A DNA stretch of 41,182 nucleotides from Candidatus Nomurabacteria bacterium (lineage in GTDB: Bacteria > Patescibacteriota > Minisyncoccia > Phycocordibacterales > UBA9973): contig JAHFNV010000003.1 in NCBI GenBank assembly GCA_023267115.1, positions 1-41,182 on the forward strand, written 5' to 3'. How positions within the stretch are numbered: position 1 is the stretch's first letter; each line of letters opens with the position of its first letter. The translations under genes were made by a program, and so were the position numbers. Of the stretch, positions 25,212 to 32,694 are shown in pieces. A model generated the notes under the pieces. The model had not been told where the DNA came from. It saw nothing but the letters and a program-made list of their open reading frames with translations, and made no database searches.

Positions 25212-25237
25212 CGTCTACATTATACAATAAAATAGAA

Positions 25238-26482
25238 CTACCCAGGCACAAAAGTCAGAGCTGTTCCCTTTTTGCCGGAGCGGCCGGTTCGGCCGATCCG
25301 ATGCACATAGGTGTTGTAAGTTTGGGGAATATCGTAGTTGATAACGTGGGTAACATCTGGAATATCCAGTCCCCGAGCGGCCACGTCAGTGGCGATTAAT
25401 ATATTTATTTTATCTTTTTTAAATAAATCCAAGGTACGAATACGTTCGCGGCTTCTCTTGTCGCCATGAATAGCCCCGACTTTAAATCCTAATTGGGAAA
25501 GTTCACGAGCCAGAGTATCCACCGCGTGCTTCATCTCCCGGAAAATTAAAACTTTATCCGAACCGTCTTTTTTCAAAACTTCCTCCAGCTTTTGCAATTT
25601 TTCTTCTTTGTTTTTGGTGCGAACTACATCTTGGTCTATATTTTTAGCTGTCTCACCAGAAACTACCGAAATAAAAACGGGGGCTTTCAAAAATTGACCG
25701 GTTAACTTTTTTATTTCCGGAGAAAGGGTGGCTGAAAAGCAAAGAGTTTGCCGTTCCTTGGGAGTTTTATCAAGAATAAAAACCATATCATCCCTAAAAC
25801 CCATATCCAGCATTCTATCGGCTTCATCCAGCACAACACTATAGCAGGTTGATAAATCCAAAATTTTTCTATCTAAAAGATCGCGCAGTCTGCCCGGAGT
25901 GCCAATCACAAATGACACTCCCCTTTGTAGCTCACGAATCTGGCGCATGATTGGCAGTCCTCCCACGCAAGCCACCGAAAACATCCCGAACCCAAAAGCA
26001 AGATTTCTAAAATCAGATTCTATCTGGAGCGCCAACTCGCGAGTAGGCGCCATGATCAACACTGTTTCCTTCTTATTTTTGCCTTTGGTTTTTGCAATTT
26101 TCTCTATCAATGGCAAAAGAAAAGCTGCCGTTTTGCCAGTGCCAGTGTTGGCCATCCCGAAAACATCTAGGCCTTTTAGAACTGAAGGTATAGCTTGATC
26201 TTGAATCGGCCGAGGATGAATGAAACCAGCTTTGGCTATATTTTTATGCAGTTGTGCATCAAAAGGAAAATCCGCGAAGGTATGTTTGGATAGGTATGGT
26301 TTTTCTTCTAGGTGCATACCCTTTTTAACGAAACGGGAAAAATCTATCCGCTCGCCACGGGATCTGACACTACTTTTCCTATGGCCGCCAAAACGAGAAC
26401 GAGAATTATTAAATTGTTTTGCACGGCGTGCAAATTTAGGATTTCCAAATTTCTTTGGACTCCCAGAGTAACGTGTGTACAT
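25238..26482 (-). CDS. DEAD-box ATP-dependent RNA helicase with a basic N-terminal tail
   Basis: Q motif, AxTGTGKT, VLDEADRMLDMGF, SAT, HRIGRTGRSG. Confidence 0.93.
   Translation of the reverse strand: MYTRYSGSPKKFGNPKFARRAKQFNNSRSRFGGHRKSSVRSRGERIDFSRFVKKGMHLEEKPYLSKHTFADFPFDAQLHKNIAKAGFIHPRPIQDQAIPSVLKGLDVFGMANTGTGKTAAFLLPLIEKIAKTKGKNKKETVLIMAPTRELALQIESDFRNLAFGFGMFSVACVGGLPIMRQIRELQRGVSFVIGTPGRLRDLLDRKILDLSTCYSVVLDEADRMLDMGFRDDMVFILDKTPKERQTLCFSATLSPEIKKLTGQFLKAPVFISVVSGETAKNIDQDVVRTKNKEEKLQKLEEVLKKDGSDKVLIFREMKHAVDTLARELSQLGFKVGAIHGDKRSRERIRTLDLFKKDKINILIATDVAARGLDIPDVTHVINYDIPQTYNTYVHRIGRTGRSGKKGTALTFVPG
25245..25285. repeat. 41-bp perfect direct repeat, proximal copy (in the helicase 3' end)
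   Basis: Identical to 23792-23832. Confidence 0.95.
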
Positions 26483-26591
26483 ATAACATTTTTGTCATGG
26501 ACACTAGCTAGCCTGATCTCTCTTGGACAAAAATGCTAATTTCCACAATAATATAAATAATATAGCATTTATAAAATATTTTGTCAATGAC

Positions 26592-27101
26592 TCAAGCCCG
26601 AATTCTAGCTTCAAATTGCTTTCCGACGATATTGCTTGGATTTTCTTTATTGAAAAGGATTTCGCTGTCTTCCATTAAATACACATTCTTGATTCCCGCC
26701 TCTACCATTGCATTCCAACATGGTTCACAACACCACCAATGTCCCCACAAATACAAATCAGCGCCATTTGTATCATTGCCTTGATCTTTCGCATTTTTAA
26801 TCGCTTTTGGCTCTGAATGATTTTTGGGGTGGCATCCTTCACACAACTCATAGCCTTGCCCCGTCGGAATATGTTGTTTGACTCGCTCACATTCGTGAGT
26901 TTGATGATAATCACTACCGTTTGCTCCGCGCCCAATTACTGCAGAATCTTTTACCACTACACTTCCGGTAGGCATCGTCTTATCTAAAGAATTTTCGCGA
27001 GCATATTTTTTTGCTTCTTGTATATATTCATTATTGACTGATACATATTCTACAGTCCTGCCTTTCGGTAAATACGGATATTTTATATTGCTATTTGCCA
27101 T
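26592..27101 (-). CDS. Divergent dCMP/cytidine deaminase-family zinc protein
   Basis: NHSEPKAI (an H[AS]E motif) and CCEPCWNAMVEAGIKNVY (PCxxC-like), plus an extra H/C-rich segment HECERV..CEGCH. Confidence 0.6.
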   Translation of the reverse strand: MANSNIKYPYLPKGRTVEYVSVNNEYIQEAKKYARENSLDKTMPTGSVVVKDSAVIGRGANGSDYHQTHECERVKQHIPTGQGYELCEGCHPKNHSEPKAIKNAKDQGNDTNGADLYLWGHWWCCEPCWNAMVEAGIKNVYLMEDSEILFNKENPSNIVGKQFEARIRA

Positions 27102-27132
27102 ACGTACATAGTATATAATATACTCTACCTAC

Positions 27133-27969
27133 ATGACAACTTTCGACATAATCTATCAAAACATTATTAAAAAGATAATGACAGAGGGTATTGAGGAATT
27201 AAACCAACGCACAGGTCATAAAACACGCTCCTTGCCTGGAGTTACCTTCCAAATTGATATTGAAAAAGACGGTTTCCCTTTACTAACCCTTCGTAAGAAT
27301 CCAATTAAGTCGCCAATCGCTGAACAAATATGGTTCATTAGTGGTTCGAAAAGACCCGATGAATTTTTGCAAAAATTTACCAAAATGTGGAATGCTTTTA
27401 TTGAGAGTGACGGCACCCTCGCCGCAGCATATGGATGGCGCTGGAGGCATCATTTCGGCCGAGATCAGCTAGGTTCGCTTATTTTACTTTTAGAAAATGA
27501 TCCCAGCTCTAGGCACGGAGTAGTGATAACTTGGGATCCAAAAGATGACGGCTATGGTGGTTCACCTAAAAAAAATATCCCTTGTCCTTATACTTTTACA
27601 ATAAATATTATAGGTGGACGACTTAATTTACATAATATTATACGTTCCAACGACATGATGCTCGGTTGCCCTTTTGACACACTTGGCTTCGCTCTTTTGT
27701 TGTGTATATTAGCCCAAAGACTTGGAGTGCGTCCGGGCATTTATACTCATTCAATTTCAAACGCACATGTTTACGACAATCATTATGCCGGAGCAGAAGA
27801 ATTGTTAAAAAGAACAAACAACAACCAAAAAATTGAACTACATTTACCGAAAAATACTTTCGAGAGGGCGGAAAAATTAGACGAGGCTTTAGTCGGAGAA
27901 ATATTCACTGACCTTTCTTCTCAATATAATCCAAATGAGCCAATTGGAGGACTTGAGATAGCTCTATAA
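27133..27969 (+). CDS. Thymidylate synthase (ThyA) family enzyme carrying Asp at the pyrimidine-specificity position
   Basis: Aligns without gaps to the ThyA core: RTG..., FPLLT, WF, AYGWRW, NDPSSR, IPC(P), RSNDMMLGCPFDTLGFALL, NAHVYDNH. The canonical PFN is PFD here. Confidence 0.8.
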   Translation: MTTFDIIYQNIIKKIMTEGIEELNQRTGHKTRSLPGVTFQIDIEKDGFPLLTLRKNPIKSPIAEQIWFISGSKRPDEFLQKFTKMWNAFIESDGTLAAAYGWRWRHHFGRDQLGSLILLLENDPSSRHGVVITWDPKDDGYGGSPKKNIPCPYTFTINIIGGRLNLHNIIRSNDMMLGCPFDTLGFALLLCILAQRLGVRPGIYTHSISNAHVYDNHYAGAEELLKRTNNNQKIELHLPKNTFERAEKLDEALVGEIFTDLSSQYNPNEPIGGLEIAL

Positions 27970-27974
27970 AACAA

Positions 27975-28466
27975 ATGAAAATTTCACTCATTGCTGCTAT
28001 TGGCAAAAATAACGAACTTGGGAAAGGAAATACTTTGGTTTGGGATATGCCGGAAGATTTAAAGTATTTCAGAAAGACAACCTCTGGACATCCGGTTATT
28101 ATGGGACGTAAAACTTTTGAGTCCATAGGTAGACCTATGCCAAAAAGAAGAAATGTAATAATTACTAGAGATGAAAGTTATCTGCGCCATGGCGTAGATA
28201 TTGTACACTCTTTAGAAAAAGCTTTAAATTTATTCAAAAATAGTAACGAAGAAATTTTTATAATCGGTGGAGGAGATATATATAAACAATCTATGCAACT
28301 AGCGGACAAACTCTACATTACACGTATAGATGCAGAAGACAAAGAAGCTGAAACATTTTTCCCAGAGATTAATTTAAACGATTGGCAAGAAACTTCGCGC
28401 GAGGAGTATAATAGAGACGAGAAGAATCCTTATAAATATGCTTTTGTAATCTACCAGAGAAAATAA
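27975..28466 (+). CDS. folA: Dihydrofolate reductase
   Basis: ISLIAAIGKNNELGKGN.L.W..PEDLKYFRK.T.GHPVIMGRKTFESIG..., IIGGG.IY. Confidence 0.9.
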   Translation: MKISLIAAIGKNNELGKGNTLVWDMPEDLKYFRKTTSGHPVIMGRKTFESIGRPMPKRRNVIITRDESYLRHGVDIVHSLEKALNLFKNSNEEIFIIGGGDIYKQSMQLADKLYITRIDAEDKEAETFFPEINLNDWQETSREEYNRDEKNPYKYAFVIYQRK

Positions 28467-28505
28467 TGTATACTGTATTGACGGCCGTCAGTATAGTAGA
28501 CAAAT

Positions 28506-28835
28506 CTAAGGATCCTCGGGAGTTCGGATGCGGATAAAAATATTTTTTCCGTCTGGAGACTTCTTTTTTTGATACTTTCTTTTTTTATTGACCTTGATTT
28601 TATTAACCAATTCTTTTTCTAAATCGAAACCTAAAATTTCAGACATGCCAAGCAAGAAAATGGCAACATCGGCGAATTCTTCGGCAACTTTAGGCTCATG
28701 CTTTTTAAATCTATGAAATGCTTCAGATAATTCTTCGTATGCATGGCAAAATTCTAGGGCAATATCTGTTGTATTGAACCCGTGCGCTAATTTATTGCGC
28801 ATCACTTCCTTCTGTAATTTTTTTAAGTCAACCAT
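28506..28835 (-). CDS. MazG-like all-alpha nucleoside triphosphate pyrophosphohydrolase
   Basis: AYEELSEAF...VAEEFADVAIFLL carries the E..E / EE..D metal-binding helices. Confidence 0.6.
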   Translation of the reverse strand: MVDLKKLQKEVMRNKLAHGFNTTDIALEFCHAYEELSEAFHRFKKHEPKVAEEFADVAIFLLGMSEILGFDLEKELVNKIKVNKKRKYQKKKSPDGKNIFIRIRTPEDP

Positions 28836-28837
28836 AG

Positions 28838-29224
28838 TTATTTTTCTTTCGTTACAATTCTTTTAATACCTAAACTCAAAGCCATCTTCTTGCAGGCTGA
28901 GCATAGGCTTTCTTTACAGTACATTGTAGCTCCGTCAAGCGAAATTCCAAACTTTAGGGCTTGAGATATAGCATTGTGTTCCGCATGAATTATCCTAGTA
29001 CACTCATTGGATTTCAGTTGGTGACCAACATCATTACAATGCGGTAACCCTGAAAGTGAACCGGTGTACCCGGTAGAAACAATTCTATTGTCTTGTGTAA
29101 TAACACATCCGCTTCCACTTTTGTCGCAAGTAGTTCTGGAACCGACACAGTTTGTGATATCTAAAAAGTATTCATCCCAGGAAGGGCGTTTGTGTTTTGC
29201 ATTTTTAACAGCCTTTTTCATCAA
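28838..29224 (-). CDS. dCMP deaminase (ComEB-type)
   Basis: WDEYFL..., TRIIHAEHNAI, CSACKKMALSLGIKRIV. Confidence 0.8.
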   Translation of the reverse strand: MMKKAVKNAKHKRPSWDEYFLDITNCVGSRTTCDKSGSGCVITQDNRIVSTGYTGSLSGLPHCNDVGHQLKSNECTRIIHAEHNAISQALKFGISLDGATMYCKESLCSACKKMALSLGIKRIVTKEK

Positions 29225-29265
29225 TTTAATATATCACCCAAAAACCAAAAAAGCCAACACCAAAA

Positions 29266-29994
29266 CTATTTTTTAAATTTAATCTTTTTAATCCTTTCAA
29301 AAAGAGGTTGATAAATATCTTCGCGCGGGTCAATAAATAATTCTTTTTTGTTAACTTTTTCTGTAAACAGAACTGGGGCCTCGGTAATTAAGGCAAGGGG
29401 TTGTTGTTCTTTGCCCTCTCCCATACAAAGTACTGCGGAAGTGGCTAAGCTATCAGCAACGTCAGTCCGTGACAATTGTAAAATTCTTCCAAAAATGTCT
29501 GGTGTACCACGATAGTCTCGCACACCTTCAAATCCTGCATAGCCTAAAGCTATGCCCACAACTCCAGCTCTAAGAGGAAGTAAGCGGCTGTCGGTAATTA
29601 AAATACCTAAGTTTTTTATTTTATATTTTTTCTGTAATTTTTTACGAATAATTTTAGCTGTCTTGAAACTATCCTTGGGCAAGAGTACCAGCTTACCATT
29701 AGCATTTGATTCATCTATACCTGCAGAAGCTAGGACCATTCCATTTTTGATGGTGAGCCATGTGTATTTAGTGCGGAGCATATAATCAGACTCGGATTTG
29801 ATAATCTTTTCTCTCATTTCATCGTGAGAAAGCGATAAATCTATATCTCGTGTTCTGCCTTCTGAAAGAGCTACTATTTTAGAAATGACGACCAATACGG
29901 ATTTTTCTGGAATTGCTACTATATATCGTAGTATAAAGTTCAGCAAATTTTCATTCTCTCTAAAAACTCTGGTTTTAATTGCTTTTATTTGCAT
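29266..29994 (-). CDS. CofE-like (F420-0:gamma-glutamyl ligase family) protein
   Basis: SKIVALSEGR...SAGIDESNA...ITDS...G.ALG.AG...DYRG..D.FGR.L pattern. Confidence 0.55.
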   Translation of the reverse strand: MQIKAIKTRVFRENENLLNFILRYIVAIPEKSVLVVISKIVALSEGRTRDIDLSLSHDEMREKIIKSESDYMLRTKYTWLTIKNGMVLASAGIDESNANGKLVLLPKDSFKTAKIIRKKLQKKYKIKNLGILITDSRLLPLRAGVVGIALGYAGFEGVRDYRGTPDIFGRILQLSRTDVADSLATSAVLCMGEGKEQQPLALITEAPVLFTEKVNKKELFIDPREDIYQPLFERIKKIKFKK

Positions 29995-30646
29995 CGCTAG
30001 TGTTCTTTTCTTTTAGAAGATAAATGCCTAAGTAAGAAAGCGGGGTGTAAAGAAAGCCCATCAGAATTTTGAAAAGCCACCAGGGAATAATAATAGCTAT
30101 TATGGTACTTACTGGATAGACTCCAAGAAAAGCAATAAACATAAAAATTACCGTGTCTAAAAATTGAGACCAAATGTTGGAAAAATTCGATCGTAGCCAA
30201 AATTTCTTTTCTCCAGTATGCTTTCTAAAAAAGAAAAAAGCAATAACATCTTGATATTCAGCAATAACAAAAGCAGCTAGCGAAGCAACGGAGATGCGTG
30301 CGCTTAAACCGAAAATTTGATTATATCCGTCTTTTACCCAAAGACTTTCCTTGGCCCAAGGGGTTATAGTGGAAATAAAAGAGTAAAGTAAAAACAGTAT
30401 GATACTTATCACACCAGCCAAAACGAAATTCTTAGCCATTTTTTTGCCGTAAACTTCGCCAATCACATCCGTCATGATAAAAACAATCGGAAAAGAAAAA
30501 ACCGCCACTGAAAGATGAGTGCCAAAAATAAAAGGCATCAATTTTATACCCAGAGTGTTGGCGGCAAAAAGCGAGGTAATGTAAAGTACAAGGCAAACTA
30601 ATATTTTCTTTGAGACAAGTGGGAAAGATTCGTAATTATTAATCAT
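29975..30646 (-). CDS. yhhQ: YhhQ/VUT-family queuosine-precursor transporter
   Basis: FIMTDVIGEVYGKK, AEYQDV, NIWSQFLDTVIF. Confidence 0.75.
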   Translation of the reverse strand: MINNYESFPLVSKKILVCLVLYITSLFAANTLGIKLMPFIFGTHLSVAVFSFPIVFIMTDVIGEVYGKKMAKNFVLAGVISIILFLLYSFISTITPWAKESLWVKDGYNQIFGLSARISVASLAAFVIAEYQDVIAFFFFRKHTGEKKFWLRSNFSNIWSQFLDTVIFMFIAFLGVYPVSTIIAIIIPWWLFKILMGFLYTPLSYLGIYLLKEKNTSDANKSN

Positions 30647-30813
30647 AGATTTTTTGTAAATAAATAAAAATCAAAAGAGTATTTGTTTAGACAAAAACAA
30701 AACACTTCTTCTGGGAGATTTACTTAGCTCGCAAATCCAGACCAAGTTGAAATTTTTTTGTTTGTAAGCATAACAATTTAATTATTTTACTTCCACCCAC
30801 ACATATTTTTCTA

Positions 30814-30868
30814 CTGAAAAATTGCCTGGGCACACCTCGCCCCGTCGGGCTCCGGTCGATCGAGGCTC
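30814..30868 (-). terminator. GC-rich structured block ending in a U-run directly after the rplK stop
   Basis: On the minus strand: GCCUCG...CGAGGU stem, then ..GCAAUUUUUC. It sits where rplA would normally follow. Confidence 0.3.
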
Positions 30869-30869
30869 T

Positions 30870-31289
30870 CTACTTCACCTCGATCCCCATACTCCGCGCG
30901 GAGCCGGAGATGATGCGGATGGCTCCTTCCATATCTTTGGCATTTAAGTCCGGCATTTTCTTTTTGGCTATTTCCAGAGCTTGAGCCTTAGTGATTTTCC
31001 CAGCTTTAGTGGCGACGTTGTTGCCCGATCCTTTTTCTATTCCAGCCGCTTTTAAAATAAGTCCTGAAACCGGAGGAGTTTTGACAATAAAATCATAGGA
31101 CCGGTCTTCATACACGGTGATAACTACCGAAACTTTATCCCCGGCCATTTTTTGGGTAGCGGCATTAAACTTGGTGACAAAGTCACCAATGTTTATCCCG
31201 GCCTGCCCGAGCGCCGGCCCCAAGGGTGGCGCTGGATTGGCCTTAGCCGCCTCTATTTGCAATTTTATTTTTTTGGTAATCTTTTTCAT
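30870..31289 (-). CDS. rplK: 50S ribosomal protein L11
   Basis: [28 protein letters not shown]. Confidence 0.96.
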   Translation of the reverse strand: MKKITKKIKLQIEAAKANPAPPLGPALGQAGINIGDFVTKFNAATQKMAGDKVSVVITVYEDRSYDFIVKTPPVSGLILKAAGIEKGSGNNVATKAGKITKAQALEIAKKKMPDLNAKDMEGAIRIISGSARSMGIEVK

Positions 31290-31293
31290 AAGA

Positions 31294-31322
31294 GCGATAC
31301 TAATCTACGAATTCATGCGAAT
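31294..31322. repeat. 29-bp block identical to 32315-32343, immediately 5' of the rplK ATG
   Basis: gcgatactaatctacgaattcatgcgaat. It contains TACGAAT and TGCGAAT heptamers, and a third TACGAAT lies at 31325-31331. Confidence 0.9.
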
Positions 31323-31337
31323 TATACGAATAGAAAC

Positions 31338-31715
31338 TTAGGAATCAAGACGGACTACACGTACTGGCTTTAAATATCTATTTCTAAAATTAACAATCAG
31401 ACCTAATTTATAATTACTGGCTTGTAAATATTTCTGCATTTGATAATAATCTTCCTTCAAAATTAAAGGCTTGGCTTTTAGATCTACAAGAATCTTATTA
31501 TCTATTGTAAAATCTACCTTATTTGTATAACGATTGTCAATCATTTCCATCGGCAACTCCTTTTCTCTCTCAAAATTGACATTTTTTTCTTTGAATAGCT
31601 TTTCAAGAGCATCTCCGTACTGCTTCTCTCTACAATATCTCCCCAAGTTATTATGAACTTTAAACAATAAACCACTTATTATATAAGACAACTCTTTATA
31701 GATTATTTCCGTCAT
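31338..31715 (-). CDS. GxxExxY-family protein (PD-(D/E)XK-like fold)
   Basis: LGRYCREKQYGDAL..., VDFTIDNKILVDLKAK...YYQMQKYLQASNYKLGLIVNF. Confidence 0.65.
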   Translation of the reverse strand: MTEIIYKELSYIISGLLFKVHNNLGRYCREKQYGDALEKLFKEKNVNFEREKELPMEMIDNRYTNKVDFTIDNKILVDLKAKPLILKEDYYQMQKYLQASNYKLGLIVNFRNRYLKPVRVVRLDS

Positions 31716-31720
31716 ATGTT

Positions 31721-31761
31721 ATTCGTTTCATTCGTATGTATATTTGTGTCATTCGTATCGC
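31721..31761. repeat. Inverted heptamer array (ATTCGTT, ATTCGTA, ATTCGTA) ending in GTATCGC
   Basis: Heptamers at 31721, 31730 and 31751. The terminal attcgtatcgc is the inverse of gcgatac.aat at 31294. Confidence 0.8.
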
Positions 31762-31765
31762 ACTT

Positions 31766-32308
31766 CTATATTTTTTTAACCTGTAAAAAGTCAAGCTCCA
31801 CCGGTGTCTCCCGGCCGAACATTGAAACCAACACTTTCACTTTTCCACGATCTTGATCAATCGAATTTACTCTGCCTTCAAGATCTTTAAATGGGCCGTC
31901 GGTAATCAGAATACTTTCACCCACTGCCACATCAATATTGTGTTTAGTAGTATCGGTATCCATTTTCTTAAAAAGAAAATCCACTTCTTCTTTTTTAAGA
32001 GGAACGGGATTAACTCCCGCTCCGACAAAACCGGTCACTCTGGGAGTATTGCGAACCACATACCAGGAATCATCGGTGACAATCATATCCACTAAAACAT
32101 AACCCGGATAAATTTTTTCTTCCACTTCCACCCGTTTGCCTGCTTTGATTTTTATTTTCTTTTCAATCGGCACAATCACATTAAAAATTTTGTCATTCAT
32201 GCCGAGTGAATCAATGCGCTGCTTCAAATTTCGAAGCACCACATTTTCATACCCGGCATAAGTATGAATAGCGTACCAATTTCTTAATCCTTCCGTTTCT
32301 TGTTTCAT
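31766..32308 (-). CDS. nusG: Transcription termination/antitermination factor NusG
   Basis: WYAIHTYAGYENVV (NGN) and KOW GESILITDGPFKDLEGRV. Confidence 0.93.
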   Translation of the reverse strand: MKQETEGLRNWYAIHTYAGYENVVLRNLKQRIDSLGMNDKIFNVIVPIEKKIKIKAGKRVEVEEKIYPGYVLVDMIVTDDSWYVVRNTPRVTGFVGAGVNPVPLKKEEVDFLFKKMDTDTTKHNIDVAVGESILITDGPFKDLEGRVNSIDQDRGKVKVLVSMFGRETPVELDFLQVKKI

Positions 32309-32314
32309 AATGTT

Positions 32315-32418
32315 GCGATACTAATCTACGAATTCATGCGAATCTGCGAATTAAATTTATTCGTGTGCCCTATTCGTAAGGGTTCTTAAACTATTCGTAT
32401 CATTCGTTCCATTCGTAT
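32315..32418. repeat. Gene-less copy of the heptamer-array inverted-repeat element (secE-nusG spacer)
   Basis: The same 29-bp block, then TACGAAT, TGCGAAT, TGCGAAT, followed by ATTCGTG, ATTCGTA, ATTCGTA, ATTCGTT, ATTCGTA. Confidence 0.85.
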
Positions 32419-32430
32419 ATTGGTGTCGAG

Positions 32431-32613
32431 TTACGTTAGCAAACGTTCTAAACCTTTTGAAAAAATAAAATCAAAGATGCCTAAAAAATAGGCGATCAGA
32501 ACAGACAACCCTATAACAATCAGGGTAAAATAAAAGGTCTGGGTTCTGGACGGCCAAACCACATGTTTTAATTCTGTTCTAGTTTCTTTGAGGTATTCAA
32601 TAATTTTTGACAT
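32431..32613 (-). CDS. secE: Preprotein translocase subunit SecE
   Basis: 60 aa: ETRTELKHVVWPSR + a single TM span, upstream of nusG. Confidence 0.88.
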   Translation of the reverse strand: MSKIIEYLKETRTELKHVVWPSRTQTFYFTLIVIGLSVLIAYFLGIFDFIFSKGLERLLT

Positions 32614-32694
32614 ATCGAGAAAAGCCCCCTTCCAAGGGCTCTTCTAAACATACTGCTATTCTTTTAAATAGTCAATCTACCCAAACTCGGAATT

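Noticed and set aside
27133-27969. Annotating the ThyA homologue simply as thymidylate synthase (thyA)
   Set aside because: Family membership is clear, but the PFN-to-PFD change at the base-specificity residue makes dUMP specificity uncertain. The gene symbol is therefore withheld.
30647-30869. preQ1 riboswitch upstream of yhhQ
   Set aside because: No small hairpin followed by the A-rich tail and CUA(A)GG-type pseudoknot element could be found on the minus strand. Only a weak GAUUU/AAAUC stem is present.
31290-32430. CRISPR array
   Set aside because: The repeated units are 7-mers at spacing of about 8-21 bp in both orientations, not direct repeats of 24-48 bp with unique spacers. No cas genes are present. 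The Cas2-like fold at 23920-24480 is a PaaX-type regulator domain.
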